Below, one piece after another: positions 34,413 through 49,560 of a stretch of 64,000 bases of DNA. The stretch lies in assembly GCA_040954595.2 (NCBI GenBank), contig CM082591.2, forward strand, positions 4,635,957 to 4,699,956, written 5' to 3'. The notes beneath the pieces were generated by a model, which was not told where the DNA came from, did no database searches, and was given only the letters and a program-made list of their open reading frames with translations. This stretch comes from Balanoglossus misakiensis. Its lineage: Eukaryota > Animalia > Hemichordata. Position numbers and translations under genes: made by a program. Numbering within the stretch: the stretch's first letter is position 1; every line of letters starts with the position of its first letter.

Positions 34413-36588
34413 TTTAATAGTACATGTAATCAGTATACATGTCTCTGTCTATGTGAACTCTCAAGGATATGTCGCGACCTAATTCTCTTGCGTCTGAAAA
34501 CTGATGAGAAGCAGCAAGCAGTCACACGGAGGCCATACTGAGAAGTATAGATGCACGGCCATTTGTAAGGGTGCATTCATCTCCCTTCACAGCAAGGGGG
34601 GTTTGGGGGTTGGGCAGGGGTGACACCATAGCCCCGAGGCTCTGTGCTGTGCCTACTATAGAAATCAGCTATCAGGGGTTAGTTCGGGGGAAGACTAAGG
34701 TAAAGCCTCAACAATTACTAGATTGTAATTCGATATCACACAAGGTATATGCCTACAAACTGTGGTTTTCATGCAGTTCATTCGTGGAATGAACAAATGA
34801 ACACAATCTCACACCAGGAACATTTTTTTCTCAAATTTCCGCCCAAATTTATTGCTGATCTGATGGTAACATTACACAGCAGTATCTTTTACTAGAAAAG
34901 TGGGAATTTTACTCCGACATATGCAAAACCGCTTCGTCAAAATAAACAGCAGAAAATCAACTTTGCAAACGATTTTCAAATTTAAACATGATTTTTTCAG
35001 ACCCAATGCATTTCCGTACAACAAATCTATAAATACAAGTCACTGTGCGTTTTCTTGACAACAGCCTGATGTCAAAATTGTTTAGCATTCTGGAAAGTAG
35101 TAGAAAGTTGCAATTGTTTTTCAATATCCCAACATTGTGTGTAGACAACTGGTGCTTGTTGACATGATTTGATTGTAATTACAGATCATGGCTCTGTTGC
35201 TTGTTGCTCACTTCTGGTTGTACAAATATTATAAACATGTAAGTCACCTGTTTGCACAGGTGAAAAATTTCACAAGCAGATATTCAAACATATACATTGT
35301 AAATAAATACAAGAAACGACAAATTCATATTCTTCTTTTATCAGAACTGTAAATTAAGCTTGGTCACATATCCCATTCATCTTTCATAAATTTTTAATCA
35401 TTTTTGACATTCGTACAGTAAATTTTGAGCTTGAGTCAGACAACTTTACCACATTTATTATTTTACACATCTTACTTTCAAACCCATGATTATAAATTAT
35501 AATTGACGTACACTTTAACAGTTGGTCTCTTGAACAGTGGCAAGGATTTGAGTTTAGGATTTCAGATAGCAGTGGCCACTAACACAGGTTCGACTGTCTT
35601 AGATGGTTCAGTCCCTGAGGCGTCTTTTCACATCAACGCTCCACTTCTCCGTACTGTCTCTTTGACACTGCATCGTGTATATCATTCGGAACTGGCAGGG
35701 TGTGGCTAATCCTTCCCCAACACACTTGTGATTCTACACTTGGTAAGAAGCAGCGATCATTGGCTTCAAAGCTGCTATCAACAAGTGGTCCAGGAGATAC
35801 GTTCAACCACGCGGAGACCATCCCTCCTGATCATCGTCCGCTCACACAGGTCGTTACCCTGACTACAGGTGAAGATACTCTCAGATATACTAATGTAAAT
35901 TACATACATTATCACAAACAGACCTCCCCAGAAAAAGCCATTTTGTAGTAAATAGTTAAGAGATTCTATCTCTCTCTCCCCTGGGTTCCAGACAGACTGG
36001 TGATAACTTCATGACAATAATGAATGCCTTTTAAAATCAGTGATACACATTTTTTTATGTAATGCATGATTTACGAACGAATGATGGATGTTTTTAGTAC
36101 ACCCTTGATAGTGATTAAATGGAAATATGATTTTTTTCTAAATCATTTTGAGGATTTGTGATTGAGGGTGTAATTTATAGTTTTTTATTTTCCCTGACGT
36201 TTAATGATGATCTTGTATTAACTGGATCACCGTGTGTAAAAGAATCTTGGCTGCTTGAAGTTCTAACTAGTACTGTACGTACGTCAATATTCAAAATGGC
36301 TGCCAAACCCTGTTATTTTGTAAGCACCTTTTGTTTCTTGACATTATAGGGTGAACACAATATTCTTATTTCCCACCAAAAACAATTTTGAGACATATCT
36401 CAGTCTCGCTGATCAAGTTTATTATCTCGTACACCACACTATTTGCGAGTTGTCACAATCCACACATTTATAAAGACTTCTTGAAAACTGAATGACGCCA
36501 TGGCGACGGAGAATAATTCTTCGCACTGCTGAGTAGAGTTCGACTCCAGGGGGCAGTCACACTCCGCAGGCGCAGAAAATCGCTCCCG

Positions 36589-37262
36589 TCACTGCTCGTA
36601 ATATCTCTTCTTTAACGCCCTGTACTTCCTCAACATGTAGAGAGCTTCCAGTTCCTTGATGATGTATTCCCCCCTGGCGATCATCTCCCGGATTTTCTCC
36701 GGGTCTTCGATGTCCTTGTTCTTCATGAACGCTCGGTGGCACCGCTCCCGGAAGTAGTCGAATCCCTTCGGGTAGTCTCTTCCCAGGTATATCAACTGAA
36801 ACGACCATGGAAAATTATTAAACTTAAAGCCCCAGTAACTCTTACTTTTGGCTCTATTTACAAGATTTTTCTCCCATGTATCAACTCTGGTTTCTTGTTC
36901 TATTATAGTAGCTTTACGAGATATTCAGTCTTTAGCTTCCGGACGAACTCTTTACATTAGTAACAGCCATTGTTATTGTTGACAAATGGATTCAAGTCGG
37001 TCTTGAATTCAACGTCCACATCTCTTAATATGTCAATTTCTCTCTAGTAACTTAGCAAGTCTTACGCTCATTGACCTCTGAAACTGACCTTGGCTAGTGA
37101 CGAGTAAACAATTGGAATTGATTAGTTAAAAACAATACACAAGGTTATTGAAATGAAATTCTGTTGACAATACTGTATTGCGACATGCAATCAATACTGA
37201 TCTTGAATACTTACGGTTTTATAGAGCTGTTTCACAGCATATCTGAGTTCATTGCCAGCCAT
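36589..37262 (-). CDS. ETFRF1: Electron transfer flavoprotein regulatory factor 1 (LYRM5), 84 aa; exons 37262-37215, 36795-36589
   Basis: [16 protein letters not shown]|[52 protein letters not shown]; LYK motif; gccATGg start; ACC|gtaagt and tttcag|TTG junctions. Confidence 0.95.
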
Positions 37263-38099
37263 GGCTTAACTGCTACCCGTCGAAATCTGTCACCCGTATG
37301 TAAATCTAAAGTCCGTGAAAACTAAGATAAAAGAGAAAGTTGCGGTGATGTAAACAAAAACAACACTACCAGATGCATGAATCATCAACGATGTGTCAAC
37401 CCGCACGTGCGATTAGTCGATGGTGCGACACGGAAGTTGACGATAGTCAATAACAACACAACACAAGTGAGGTCAATGTCCGTACAATGTACATGTCAGG
37501 CGTTTACGTCTGAACCAGCCTTGAGCGGATTGCCAACCTATTTCTCGAGAAAGTACTATCATAACCCACGATTATATGCATGTCATATAACCAAACGTTA
37601 TCCCAGATACTTTAATTTTCAAAGAGGACGCCCAAATACGACAAAAACATCAGCGATCGTGCAGTTATGAAAGATGTTCAAGGCCGGTACTCGGTCAAGT
37701 TGGGGTGAACAAGGGCGTCTGCCAGCGATCAGCGCCATAGTTCATCACAGTAATGTATGGATCGAAAAGGTTAGCTATACATACACACGTAAACTTTCGC
37801 AAAGCGATGACAACTGTCAAGACGCACCTTCCAGCGGCGATGAAGTAAATAAGGCGTCAGAGTATTGAACACCGATGGCCGTCTGCCATTTTGATGTGTT
37901 TGTTTCAGGAGTCGTAAAACAGTATGTGCTTGTCCATTACGACAAATATATAATTTATCAATTTTTATCACAATTAACATTGTTTTCAGTTTCTTAGTTT
38001 ATAAAGGCTATATTTATTCAAATATTATTCACATAATGCTTTTGTAAACAAGCCTAAGTTAAGAATGTTATTGTCGCAAAATAGTTACTGTCAGATACA

Positions 38100-38181
38100 T
38101 GCTGACATGCGCATAAGGGACAGCTTGTTGCCATCCAGAGCTGCCGAAGTCAGCGTCTGTCTAAACATAAACATGGTAAGT
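38100..38181 (+). other. Candidate first exon of an unidentified + strand gene, ending exactly at its start codon
   Basis: taaacATG|gtaagt at 38173-38181, about 0.9 kb from and divergent to ETFRF1; the 5' boundary is a guess and no downstream coding exon was identified. Confidence 0.35.
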
Positions 38182-41100
38182 CCCTACAAGACATTTTTCA
38201 ACATTTCTATCATTTTAGCGTTTGTTCTGAATGGCAGTAGGTGTGGGCTGTTGTCGTGGAAACATATTAGCTTACTGTCACTTTTTTCCTGAAAAAAATT
38301 GTGTGTATCGCCAGCCCTGGCGTCCAGGTCTGTGTAACCGCGAACACACAGACCTGTACGCAGGGCTTGTACATTTCATGCATGTTGTGTACACAACTGA
38401 AATGGACATATCAAAACGTATGTAGTTGACAGATGCATTTTGGCACGGTCATGGTGTTTTCGATGTTCTGTTGACACTCCATTTGACGACGACTCCCCAA
38501 AGAGTATGGCACCCGTGTTACCTTGGCAACGGCGTCATATATCGATCGCTAAATTCTCGCGGACGCCAAGGAACCCAGCCTTCTTCAAGTTTTGCTCAAA
38601 CCTGATTAGCATACATATTTCCCAGGCAATGTACATGTAGGCTGGCTGGCTCGCCTGTCTAGCGTCTGCAACTTCATCATCATGAGACAGTCTGGCAAGA
38701 ATTTCTTTAACGTCACTTGAGGGACATATCGTCTGTACAGTCTTTTTAAATCATATCCATTGCAAGTGAGAGTCTGATATATTGTAGTCTCTTTTTACCA
38801 ATTCTTAAATTCGTTTACAATTATCTTGGCCACAGCCATGATAAACATAATTATTAAACACTCAATCAAATATGGGCTGCGAGATTTTGCACTAAAACCC
38901 CAAAGTTGACATAACTCTATATTTTAATCTACACTTTATATTATTCTTGTTTCATTTTAATTTTATTTATCCATATCAAATATTATTTCCTGTAATGATA
39001 TTTTATGGGGAACATTACTACTACATGTATGAGTATGTCTGTCTGAAAATGTGTTTATTTCAAAAGGCGTTTTTTTCATAGTATATAGTGTATAAGAATT
39101 GCCATTTCTAATTTTACATTATAAGCTAATTCCATTTGGGACTTTTTTTAGCTGTCACTTTTTAACATTTCTATGTTATATTGGGGTAATTTTTTGATGA
39201 AAATGAATTACTGATTTTTTTTTTCAAAAATAGATATAGAATGACTGATGTTTTCTCTGATTGTATTGATCTAATTTTATTTAAGGAGATGATGTGTTCT
39301 ATCTCCACACTAAGTAAGTACACTAAGCTATACTAGGTCGAGAACTAGTAGAAGGCCATAATAATATGATGTAATTCTTAAGCTGTGACCTCGTGAGGTC
39401 ATGGAAGACAAAAAGATGAGGCCAGTTTTCTTTTTATAAATGTCAGCTTTGGAATATTCTTTGTTTTGTTATCCCCCTCCCCCAAGAATATAATTTTTGT
39501 ATGATTGTCTGTCTTGTGCCATTTCTGGGATAATGAATGCCGAATAAGTGGATTTAAGATATGGGCAAACACTTCACACTTGATTCTCTCTTTGTTCACA
39601 GATGTGGTTAGTAAAATATTAGTTAAATGCTTTCCAGTGTTCATATTGACATGATCCAATTTTTGTGTGTTTTACGGGAGAATGTTTAATTTCCGTGTAA
39701 CCTGACCCTGCCTATTCAACGTTTTGCCATGTTTGGTATACTATAAAATTTTAGGCTGGGTTTGTTTAGACCTCTCACAGTCTCAATCAGCCTCTCCACA
39801 GTAAAACATCGCCAGGATTCTCAGTGTCACCAAAAACAGTCTCTGTAATATGAATATAGCATCTGGCGTGACCTTTGACCTTTGCAATTGATACAAACAT
39901 CGAAAAAGCATAATTTTCGGGGTTAAATTTCAACAAATCAGAAAATGTGATCAGAAGTGGAGTGAGCGATCCATTAGTGCGAGATTGTCGCAGACTTTTT
40001 GTCTTTGAATGCGGTGACCTGTAGTCGGCCGAGGTCATCTCTGGACGAGACAAGAATTCCACGCTGCCCAATGAATAATTTGTCGAGCGTAATGGATTTT
40101 AAGACAGTGTATTTCTGACACTGTTGTCATGAAACTGTCTTAGGAGAATCGAGATAAATCATTTATTAAGAAAAATACTTTATGTTGTCATTTTTTATGT
40201 TTAAAAAATTGCTCTGCGCAAGGCCATATTGATACTGCGTTATGGTAAATAACTAGGGGATTTCGGTGATAAATTTAAATGAAGGTATACTTTTTAGGAA
40301 CTGTCAAACCGGCTGCCACAGTTTTTATGAGTCCCAGGGGCAGCAGTTATTTGAATATAAGTTCATGCTTGCTTCCTCTGGTGAGTTTATCTTCATCAGT
40401 GCCGGTTATGAATTATGTACAGCCAGTGTATTGCAAGAAGGAAAAGAGACATCTATGGCTTTGTATTATGCACATGTACATAAAAATGAAACTGACTCCT
40501 GGAGATATGAAAAGTATTTCAGTCGGCGCAATGATTTATGAAGACGTCACACAGGGTTTTAGTTATGCTATTGTCATAACTCTAATTTTAAGATGATGAA
40601 AATATTTATTAGAAATAGCCATCTCATGAAAACAGTTGGGCAAGCATGATTTTATATTGGACCCATTGTATTACCTGTATGGTGTTAAACCTTATCGAAA
40701 TTGTTATTTTCATGTAGTTTTGGATGTAATTTTCATTTAGCATTTTAATTTCATTTTTGAAATTATTTTCATTTAGTATTTAGAAGTGTTTTTTGAAGGG
40801 GTTAATATCCTCAAGATGACCATATTAGCTTCTGTTTTTTTTAAACATTAGCACAGTGCGGAAGACCCTATTAAATGATTGATTTCCAGTGCGAAAAAAA
40901 GCCAAGAAATAAAAATCATGGCAGCAAAAGAAGTAAAAATTGCCTGATTGATTGCTCTATATGTTCATTAAATTTACCATTCATCATTAATCTCATACTT
41001 TTGTGAACTGTTGTAAAGGTAACTGATTACCTGTGGAGATTCATTGGTCTAGACCGCGACTACATCATGTATTGTAGATATGCCCTAACAGTAACTCACA

Positions 41101-44100
41101 TGATTTGCAGGGGAACTTTGAGTCAATTTGATTGATTGTCAACATTTCTTTGAATCAGCCTGATGTGTATGAAACTGTTCTATGTCATAATAGAGTTTAT
41201 TTTGTCATCGGTGATTGTTATATTGGCATTTCTGAAGGCACTTTCTGCCTGGGATAAATATTGAGATAATATCGGATAACTTTATTGCCAAGTTTGATTT
41301 TCTGAACAGTGTTGACAGTAATGTGATAAATCTAGGTGTGTCGCATGTATGTTTCTTGGAAAGGATATTAAATGTAATTGTACTAGAGAGAATGATGGAG
41401 AAGTTAATTAAGTTCATTCCGTGGATTGGAGATGGTTGGGATTGGTTTCCGGGGAGTGTGGAACAGGGATTGGCGGGAGAGGATAGGTACAGGTGGAAAT
41501 CTTCAGGAAAGATTGATTTTTCCCAGAAACGAGTCCCGAAGGATAACGTGTTTTGATGGAGAAAAGAGATGGATGTTCAATATTAGACTTAGAGAATAGT
41601 TTCTGGGGGAAATATGCCGTGATTGCCTCGACGAGAGAGAGACAGAAGGAAGTGCTTTCTGAGAATGGTTTTACGGAAAACTATTCCCAACGGGATGCTG
41701 TGATTTGCCGGACTGGAGAGATAAAGGTCATTGGGAATCATGGTGTCCGGGAATAGATGCAGCGATTTCGTGGATGAGGTAGTGAAAGTTCATGAGGCGT
41801 GGTTTCCAGAAAAAGGTTTCTGCATGGGATGTATAGAGCAGTGGTCCCCCTCTGCAGAGGTATATCTGGTTGGTTCTTTGAACTTTGTGTAATTTGCATG
41901 TGAAAGGGTCTGATGTTCGGTATAGGCAGGTTTCTGGATTAGACAGGTTTCAGTTTAGACAGGTTTTGCTGTATCACAACGAACATTTTAATCAATCAGT
42001 CTATAAGGAATTGTTCTTAAGGCTCTTAAAGATCTATATTTTGACTTGCAGGTTTTTAAAAATGATCACTTCACTTTACCATTGAAACTATGACGTACTC
42101 CCTGCAAACGTTCTAATCCAAAAGCACTTGAATAAAGAAAGTTAACTAAATCTTTAATCAGGGTAAACCTTGCATATTCTGAGGCACAAATGCAAATCCC
42201 TTTACTATAAGTATAATAATACTAGCAGCATAAAAAAATAATTGCCGAGACTGCCCTGGTTTTATTTGAAATGTCAAAGCAGCATTTGGGAACACGATAA
42301 AGAAAAATCAATTTTGATCTGATGGGATTTATGAATAGTAAGGTCGCACAAAAGTGTTTTAATGGCTTTCTGTGTGAAAAGGTCGCGATAAATTACTGGT
42401 TGACTTTCCTGCTGATGGATGGTTTTATATTTAATGGGTCAGTTTTCTGACAGCCGTTGATTTCATCATTATTGTGTGCGGTTTATATCCAGGGAATTTT
42501 TTCTGTCCCGTGATTAGGTGATATTTAATCCTGGTGTGTGTTGTTGTACTGGGGCCAAGTCTTCGGGCTAAGTTTGTGGGTTTAGAATTCATTCAGGGAC
42601 TGTCTCATATTGTCGCAAAAGTTCAAAAAGTGAAATTTATTTGTAAGTTGGCTGCCATATTCAGCACTTGGTTGGGCGAAGAGTGAAGAGTCTTTTTAAA
42701 AAATGACGCTACTTAGTATGTATAGCCGGTCATAAGACTCATTTGGAAAAAGAAAATGAACATGAAAAAATGAGGATGGAATTTGAATATTTAAATATAT
42801 GCAAATGAGCACCATTACAAAAGAGTGTGTCAGACGCTTCATTGGATGCTAGGAATTTCTGTCATACCGATCATAAAATGTAGGTCAAAGTCGCAGAGGC
42901 GGCCTTAATTGTCTTATGGGAGGGTCCGCGTCAGAACACTGAGAAAGTTATGAAGTACTACTCGGTCTTAAAAAGACTTCCAACACACTGTGCCGGTAAG
43001 TTTATCAGTTGTCCTTTTTTTTTATAGCAGACTAAATATTTTCAAGAAAAAGTACATCGAACAGAGATATGTACCACTGAGTTCAGTTGTAATTTGATTA
43101 CACAGTCAACATGATAATGGTTGAAGTGGGTTTACAATTGCAGCATAGCATTGGAGAATTTATCGTACATACGTGTGAAAATATATACGAGAAAAATGTC
43201 TGTAAATTGCATGCAGAACCACAGCCTGTTTCTCATACCACTTGCCTTTCTTCATCAATTCACCAAAAATTCCCCCATTTCCAGCATTTTTTTTAGGCCA
43301 AGTCAAATCTCACAGGATTTGTGTAGACGCAAGCAAAAAATGTTCTCTTCTCTGCATGCCATGTCAACGTATGCTCTGCCATGTCAACCAACGTTATTCT
43401 GGCCATTTTTTTACTACGTGCACTATAGCTGTAGGGGTAATATGATCACCTTGTTCAGTGATAATGTTTCATTCTTTCGCGGACAGTTATAGTTGTGATT
43501 AGCCGTGCTCCTTAAAGGCATGAAACAATATTCCAACCTGTACATATATGAGTTTTCCATGTCTCCATAAGTATTCACTTGTTGCGGCTACATGCTTTGG
43601 CATCAATATCTTTCATGCTTTCGATGGTGGTTTTAACTTAATATGTACGAGTCAATTAAGGGGTGGACATAATTTGTCTTAAAGCCACAGATATGATTCC
43701 CGAGGACACAATATTTATGCAAATCACATGCAAATATTGCGCTAATTAATATGCAAATTAAACTTGGCATGTGACTGGGTATTATATTAAATGCCATTGA
43801 AACACACATATGGGCTGTGGCTGGCTATTTTCTTGTATAGCCTGGCGTGGCTGCCACGAAACATCTACATCACTAAGAGTCAATGAAGAAGGCATTGCTC
43901 AAGTTCCTGAGGTCAAAGGTTAAGATTTATTTAAATATTCCTGAGGTCAAAGGTGTAGATCATTTACATATGGCCTATTCCAATGTAGAACGGGGTGCGA
44001 AGGTTAACCAGCCCTCTCTGACTTCAGGCAACGTTATTATTAATGCAACACAGAATAATGGTTTCCCAGTAATGACAGATTGACCTCGGCAATCCATAAA

Positions 44101-45720
44101 ATTTATTGATAATTTTTCATGAGTCAAACCGGAAATATTTCTCCTTTTAATATGACATCATTAATTATGCACAGGTCTGAAGAGTATGATAGATCACTGT
44201 CTGAAGTTATCAACCTCATTCTTCTTAATATTTAATTTCATATTTTAATACCGCTATTAAAGGATGCATACCACAAGACTAGTTTTCACGCTCCGACCTT
44301 GACCTGAAAATGACAGGGTACATTTTAACTCCCTGCAAAAATGATAGGACTATTTACACGCAATTAATATGGAGATTGCGAGGTACATGTAGTTATACTC
44401 AATATGAGTGACAGGTCCAATAAAAAAGTAATACTTTAAAATTGATACACAATTTGCATTTTTATGCCTCATGAATGTTAATATTAAGATTTTCATTCAT
44501 ATACAGTTGAAATATTTAGGTCAGTGTGCCCCATGCAAGTGCAATGGACAGGTGTTAATTCAGGGTGTAGTTTTAATAGTATTACCCATGGTGCTATTGG
44601 TGGTGATTTTGAATTTCATTACTCATAAAATTATTCATAAAATCGATGTAAGCCCATATGACGCGTCACTGACTCAACAAACTGATAACTCAAGAAAATT
44701 ATCCACAATACATGCAAAGGTATAGAGCTGACTCAGAGAAATTTTTAGAAATCTTCAAATTGACTCAAAACTTCTAATAATCACATTTGTTAGAGGGTAC
44801 ATTGATTGTCATATGGTCAGTGTTTCAAATATTTTTTGTTTCCTTCTGATAGAAAAAATATGAATGATTAATCAAAATGTCCCAACAGGTGTGGAGAATA
44901 AGAATCTACAGACTTTATACTCTCCATCAATTGGCTGTCAGACAGTCCCGAACAATTTATCATTCCCTGCATCACATACAGAATGGCAATTTAATGTACT
45001 TCCTATTGCTGTCAATCATCGCCTGAAAAGCTTTCTTGTACGGCCTCCGTGTATCTGCCAGCTTGTATAAACTCTTCCTCTATTGACTCAGCTTAATGCA
45101 GTCTTTGTTGCCCGTAAAACCCTACTCCATTTCAAATATTTGTGATCACGGACGCAATCCCACAGTTCCCATTAGACTGGTTTCTTGGAAGAGTTTCGAT
45201 TGGATGGCTTGGATGAATGCACCATGGTAACTTTTGATGTGGTGAAGAAACAAGTGTATTTTGTGAGATTGTTTCCAGAACCGTTTGTGTATTGAACTTC
45301 TTGAAAGACCCTGTGGGGTTGACTCTATTTGGAAATGAGAGCATTGATCTGGTTCTTAGTATTAGTAGCTGTCTCATAATTATTATTGCTTTGCAAGGTG
45401 TGTCCAATAGTGCAGCAGGTACATGTACTATTGAAGTATTCAATAAAGTCAGACAATTATTTATTAAGATTAGCAAGAAAAAAATATGTAACGTGTTGAA
45501 CTCCCTGAAACCTTACGAGATTCCGCGTGTAAAGGCTTCAGGTGTACTAGCTTTCTAGTTCATTTACCCATAAAAAGGCCACATTGCTCTAGATAGTTTG
45601 TCATAAATGAGGTTTTTGTGGGTCTGTGCGACAAGTTATCAATATCATTGTTAGTCTGCATACTGGAGTACATAACACTTTAAAACTGATAATTCTTCCA
45701 GAGCTGGTAACTTGATAGCT

Positions 45721-45823
45721 TTAACCCCTTTCATCGCCATGGTTTGGTCCAGCTCTGTTGTTTTCAATAGGAATGCTGGACCTTTATACAAGGACATTGG
45801 GGGGGGGGGGGGTAGAGTGTTAA
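45721..45823. mobile_element. Degenerate copy of the same MITE
   Basis: ttaacccctttcatcgccatggtttggtcca..gttttc..tggacct..(G)n tagagtgttaa. Confidence 0.65.
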
Positions 45824-46979
45824 TATACATGTACACCTTAGCCTTCAAGAAATGCAAAAAGACAGATCAAATACTACATAGTCAGTTCATTGTGATAAAA
45901 TTAAACCCGTAAAAAAAGTGATAACGATATATCTCTTGTCATTCAAAACCACATGTATGTACATTCCGAAAATTCCCACTTTATAAACATTCCGGAGAAG
46001 ATAACCTTCAAACCATGAATGCGGCCAAGGCCTCTACAGTAATACTCAACTGTATTTCAAAGAGTTTTGCATTCCAACATGTACAGTCTGTGATTAAGTT
46101 ATAAATGTACCAGTTTCTTTGAGCGATATTAGCTGTAACTCTTAGTTTTTTCCAGTATTTTTGTTCTTTGTATCAAGGGTAATTTTGGGCAATATAAACA
46201 ATACTGAAAAGTTGCATCTTAATCTAATGAAGCTCAGTTTATACAGTTATGAAATCTTTACTCCGAGAAGTAGAAGGGACTGTGCATATTTATCAGTACA
46301 CAGGATTGGCCAATCATCAATGCTTTTCTAAAAGCCTGGCAAGATGGTAACGGATCAATCAGGTGGCCTGTTCCATATTTAATTAGGGCTGTCATGGTGC
46401 ATGCAAATCTGACGTGAAGGGTAAATTGATCTCCGACACGTTTTGCATAGAAATGAGCATTTCTATTACAGCTGAGATGTAACACTGGAGATTATGCAAA
46501 CAGAAAGAGATTGATTAGCCTCGTATTGCCATTATCTAGCTGTACAGGTCAACAGGTAGTGCCTGGTCGGACGAAGAAAAAAAATTCTAACTGAATGATT
46601 TCTGATAAAATCTTCAAAAGCACTTAAACACCAAAGTTTCACACTCGGGGCGCTCAATCCATGATTAGAGACAAGTGACTTTTAAGATAAAGAGAGATAC
46701 TCCTCTAGGCTCTTACACAGCAGTTTTTTGTGAGTGACATTTGACAAAATTCGGGGTGTATATTGTGCTCCATTTTAAACTTATTATATCGCTACACTTG
46801 AGTGAGAATTTGGGACATGGTTTTCGTATTGTATGTCTTGGGAATCTAGCCAATTACATTCCTGCTTCCTGGGGCAGAAAGGTGTATGTCACGGAAATGT
46901 GGTTTGTAAATTAGAACTCAGAAGGAGGGATGAGAAATCCCCACTGCACAAGACGTAGTCTGGCTGCAAAAGAAAGAAA

Positions 46980-47164
46980 TACTGTAAAACGGGAAATTTT
47001 CGCGAACAATAAATTTTCGCGAACTACACGAGAGCCAAAAAAACGTGGAATGAAAAAACGCATAAAAATATTTTTTCAGAGATAAGAATGCAGGGAAATG
47101 CGAGAATTAATCGTCGTGTACGTCCGTCTTTTTTGATACCGTGAATATTTCCCGTTTTACAGTA
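46980..47164. mobile_element. Second copy of the TA/CTGTAAAACGGGA MITE
   Basis: tactgtaaaacgggaaattttcgcgaac...aatatttcccgttttacagta. Confidence 0.8.
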
Positions 47165-48268
47165 TCCATGCATACATTTGGACCTTTTGAACCAAGATGT
47201 GCCGATTCCCCGATCCGATCAATCAATGATAAGTGGGCAGTTTCAATAACAGTGATCGATGAGGCAGAGGACCGGTGTGAATACCCACATGAATTTAAGC
47301 GCCGAGGAATACCTATATCGAGAAATGCATTTTGTATGATTGCAAATGCGTTCGCAAATTCGGACTGTCAAGAGCTGCATACAGTACATGTATATGCCAT
47401 TCAATTTGGCCATTGTAGTTCTAGCCACGTGAGATCTCGCTAGTCTCATGGACTGTATACATTAGTAAGAAAATGGTCTATTTCTTTGTAATACATTCAC
47501 GTATAAACTTGGTCTAGGGCCAATTAACACATCTCTATAATGAAAACTACTACACTCTCCTACCTGTTGCATTATCGGTATGTACATGCATGTTCCAGGG
47601 CCCCAGTCCAAGCTGAAAATGGGTACCCCAATTAAAAATGTCATCATTAGTGTCCTGTGCACAAGAATACATGTTTTGGTAGTCAAATTGTCAATCCAGC
47701 AGGTTCTTATATGTGTATATGTCAATGTACATGTACATGTTACAGCTCCCCCATGTTCTTTTCATTTGCTGTCTAAGAAATCATTTTTCCTGATATTCCA
47801 CAAAGTAAAGCCACGGGCAGGTGTTTGTGATGGAAATAAAAGATCCCTCCTTGGCCAATAATGTTTAAATGAATGGGAAAGGCAAAAAAAGTAAAACCAG
47901 ATTGATGGAGTGGCCATGGTAACGTGCTCCCCATAGGGCAGGGCGCCAACCTGTTATTTCTACAGTGATGAGGTACTGACTAGCCTACTTTGTGGGATTT
48001 TCGTAAACAAATTAAGGCTGCAGGCCATTGACTACCTTAATTTTGAACCAAGGCACATATGTCTGTGTTTGCGTGTATATCGATCGCGATCGTGCGTAGT
48101 ATTGAAGATCGAAGCACCTGATATTATGCTGAGTGTGAAAGTTGTAATTTTCTGCCACGGAAGTTGTGATGTGCAGGTCTGAAATGCAACACCTCTACTA
48201 AATGGTGGATTTGCTATACTGGTTGATGTTAGATTTCAATTAAGAAGTTTGATAATTTGTTCGCAAGT

Positions 48269-48667
48269 TAGCCCGGAGACACAGGCGTGGGGGAAAAGGA
48301 ACGCCCGGGGACAGTCTCTATTTACGCCCCGAATTCTGTGCGCAGAACGACACGGGTGGTAAATCTTGTGTGTAAGCTAATTGGTCACTCAATGTAAACC
48401 AAATGATATCATCGCATTCTAAATAAGGAAATAGAGGTGGAGTCATGTGTGAAATTCCCGTGACGGGGTGTGGGAGTGATTTACCAAGCTTTGTTAATTA
48501 TATCATCCAACCACTGGCGCCCGTCAACATTTGATAGATCACTCGTTATCCATTCGTTACTAAGCGACCCTGATCGTTGCCAGGGCTACTATCTTTCAGC
48601 TCAGCAGGAAATTTCTCGACTGTCACCGGGCGTTGTATTCTAGATCGACGCCTGTGTCTCCGGGCTA
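48269..48667. mobile_element. 399-bp non-autonomous DNA transposon, perfect 20-bp TIR, perfect 9-bp TSD
   Basis: TIR TAGCCCGGAGACACAGGCGT / ACGCCTGTGTCTCCGGGCTA; TTCGCAAGT at 48260-48268 and 48668-48676. Confidence 0.9.
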
Positions 48668-48789
48668 TTCGCAAGTGTGTCCTAATCTGTCTGGACTCAT
48701 GGGATTTCTACAGACTGAGTCAAACTAAGAGTCATATATGCTGAGCTGAATTCACAAGAAATTAGAATGTTATCATATACACTTGGAGA

Positions 48790-48825
48790 TCTATCTCTAT
48801 CTATCTATCTGTCTGTCTGTCTCAG

Positions 48826-48867
<42 letters not shown>

Positions 48868-48977
48868 TCTATATTGCCTGCCTGCCTGCTTGTCTATCTG
48901 TCCGTCTGCCTGTTTGTCTGTCTGTCTATATGTCTGTCTATCTATCAGTATCACTCTACATCTGTCTGTCTGTCTCT
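48790..48977. repeat. Compound (TCTA)n/(TCTG)n microsatellite
   Basis: Directly visible tetranucleotide runs. Confidence 0.95.
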
Positions 48978-49560
48978 AAGTATGTGTTCATGAGTGTATG
49001 AAGTTGAATATGATGTTTTCTTTATGATGGGAATAATACTAGATATATATTTTTTCAAGATATGGAAAAGAGCTCGAGTTCAGATGAGATATAAAATATG
49101 AATGAGATACCAACCCCCAGGCCTTTCTGTTCATCAGCTCTCTATTTACAAAATTGATCTTACCCACAGTGTCCTCTGTTTTCCTGGAAAAAAACTTCAA
49201 TATTTCCTGATCCTCAGCACCTCTGCATAGGGAATGTAAATCGGAACAAGTTGAACCTTTGTGTGTGGAAAGTATTTCGTATTGATCTGCCGGAGTTTCT
49301 GTTCGCGATCATTGTTACGGAGAATGGAAACGCGATTGTGGTTTCATCTTTGAATAAAAATTTCGTGGAAAGCTGGGACAATGAACTGGCAATCTTTCGA
49401 TATTGACGCATTTAAGAATGTTTAGTTGCGCTTTGTCGATGACAGCTGGCTGTATGGTTCAAGATCTCACATTATGACAAACCCGTCTCAGATAGACCCA
49501 GCGAGTGCGTCACAATATAAATCTGTTTCTGGGGGTATTTCAGTTGAAACCTAGTTACTA

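Noticed and set aside
41300-41975. Purine-skewed stretch that might be a decayed LINE, plus a partial MITE end (gacaggttttgctgta)
   Set aside because: No RT or endonuclease motif readable and no matching second TIR; needs a repeat-library search.
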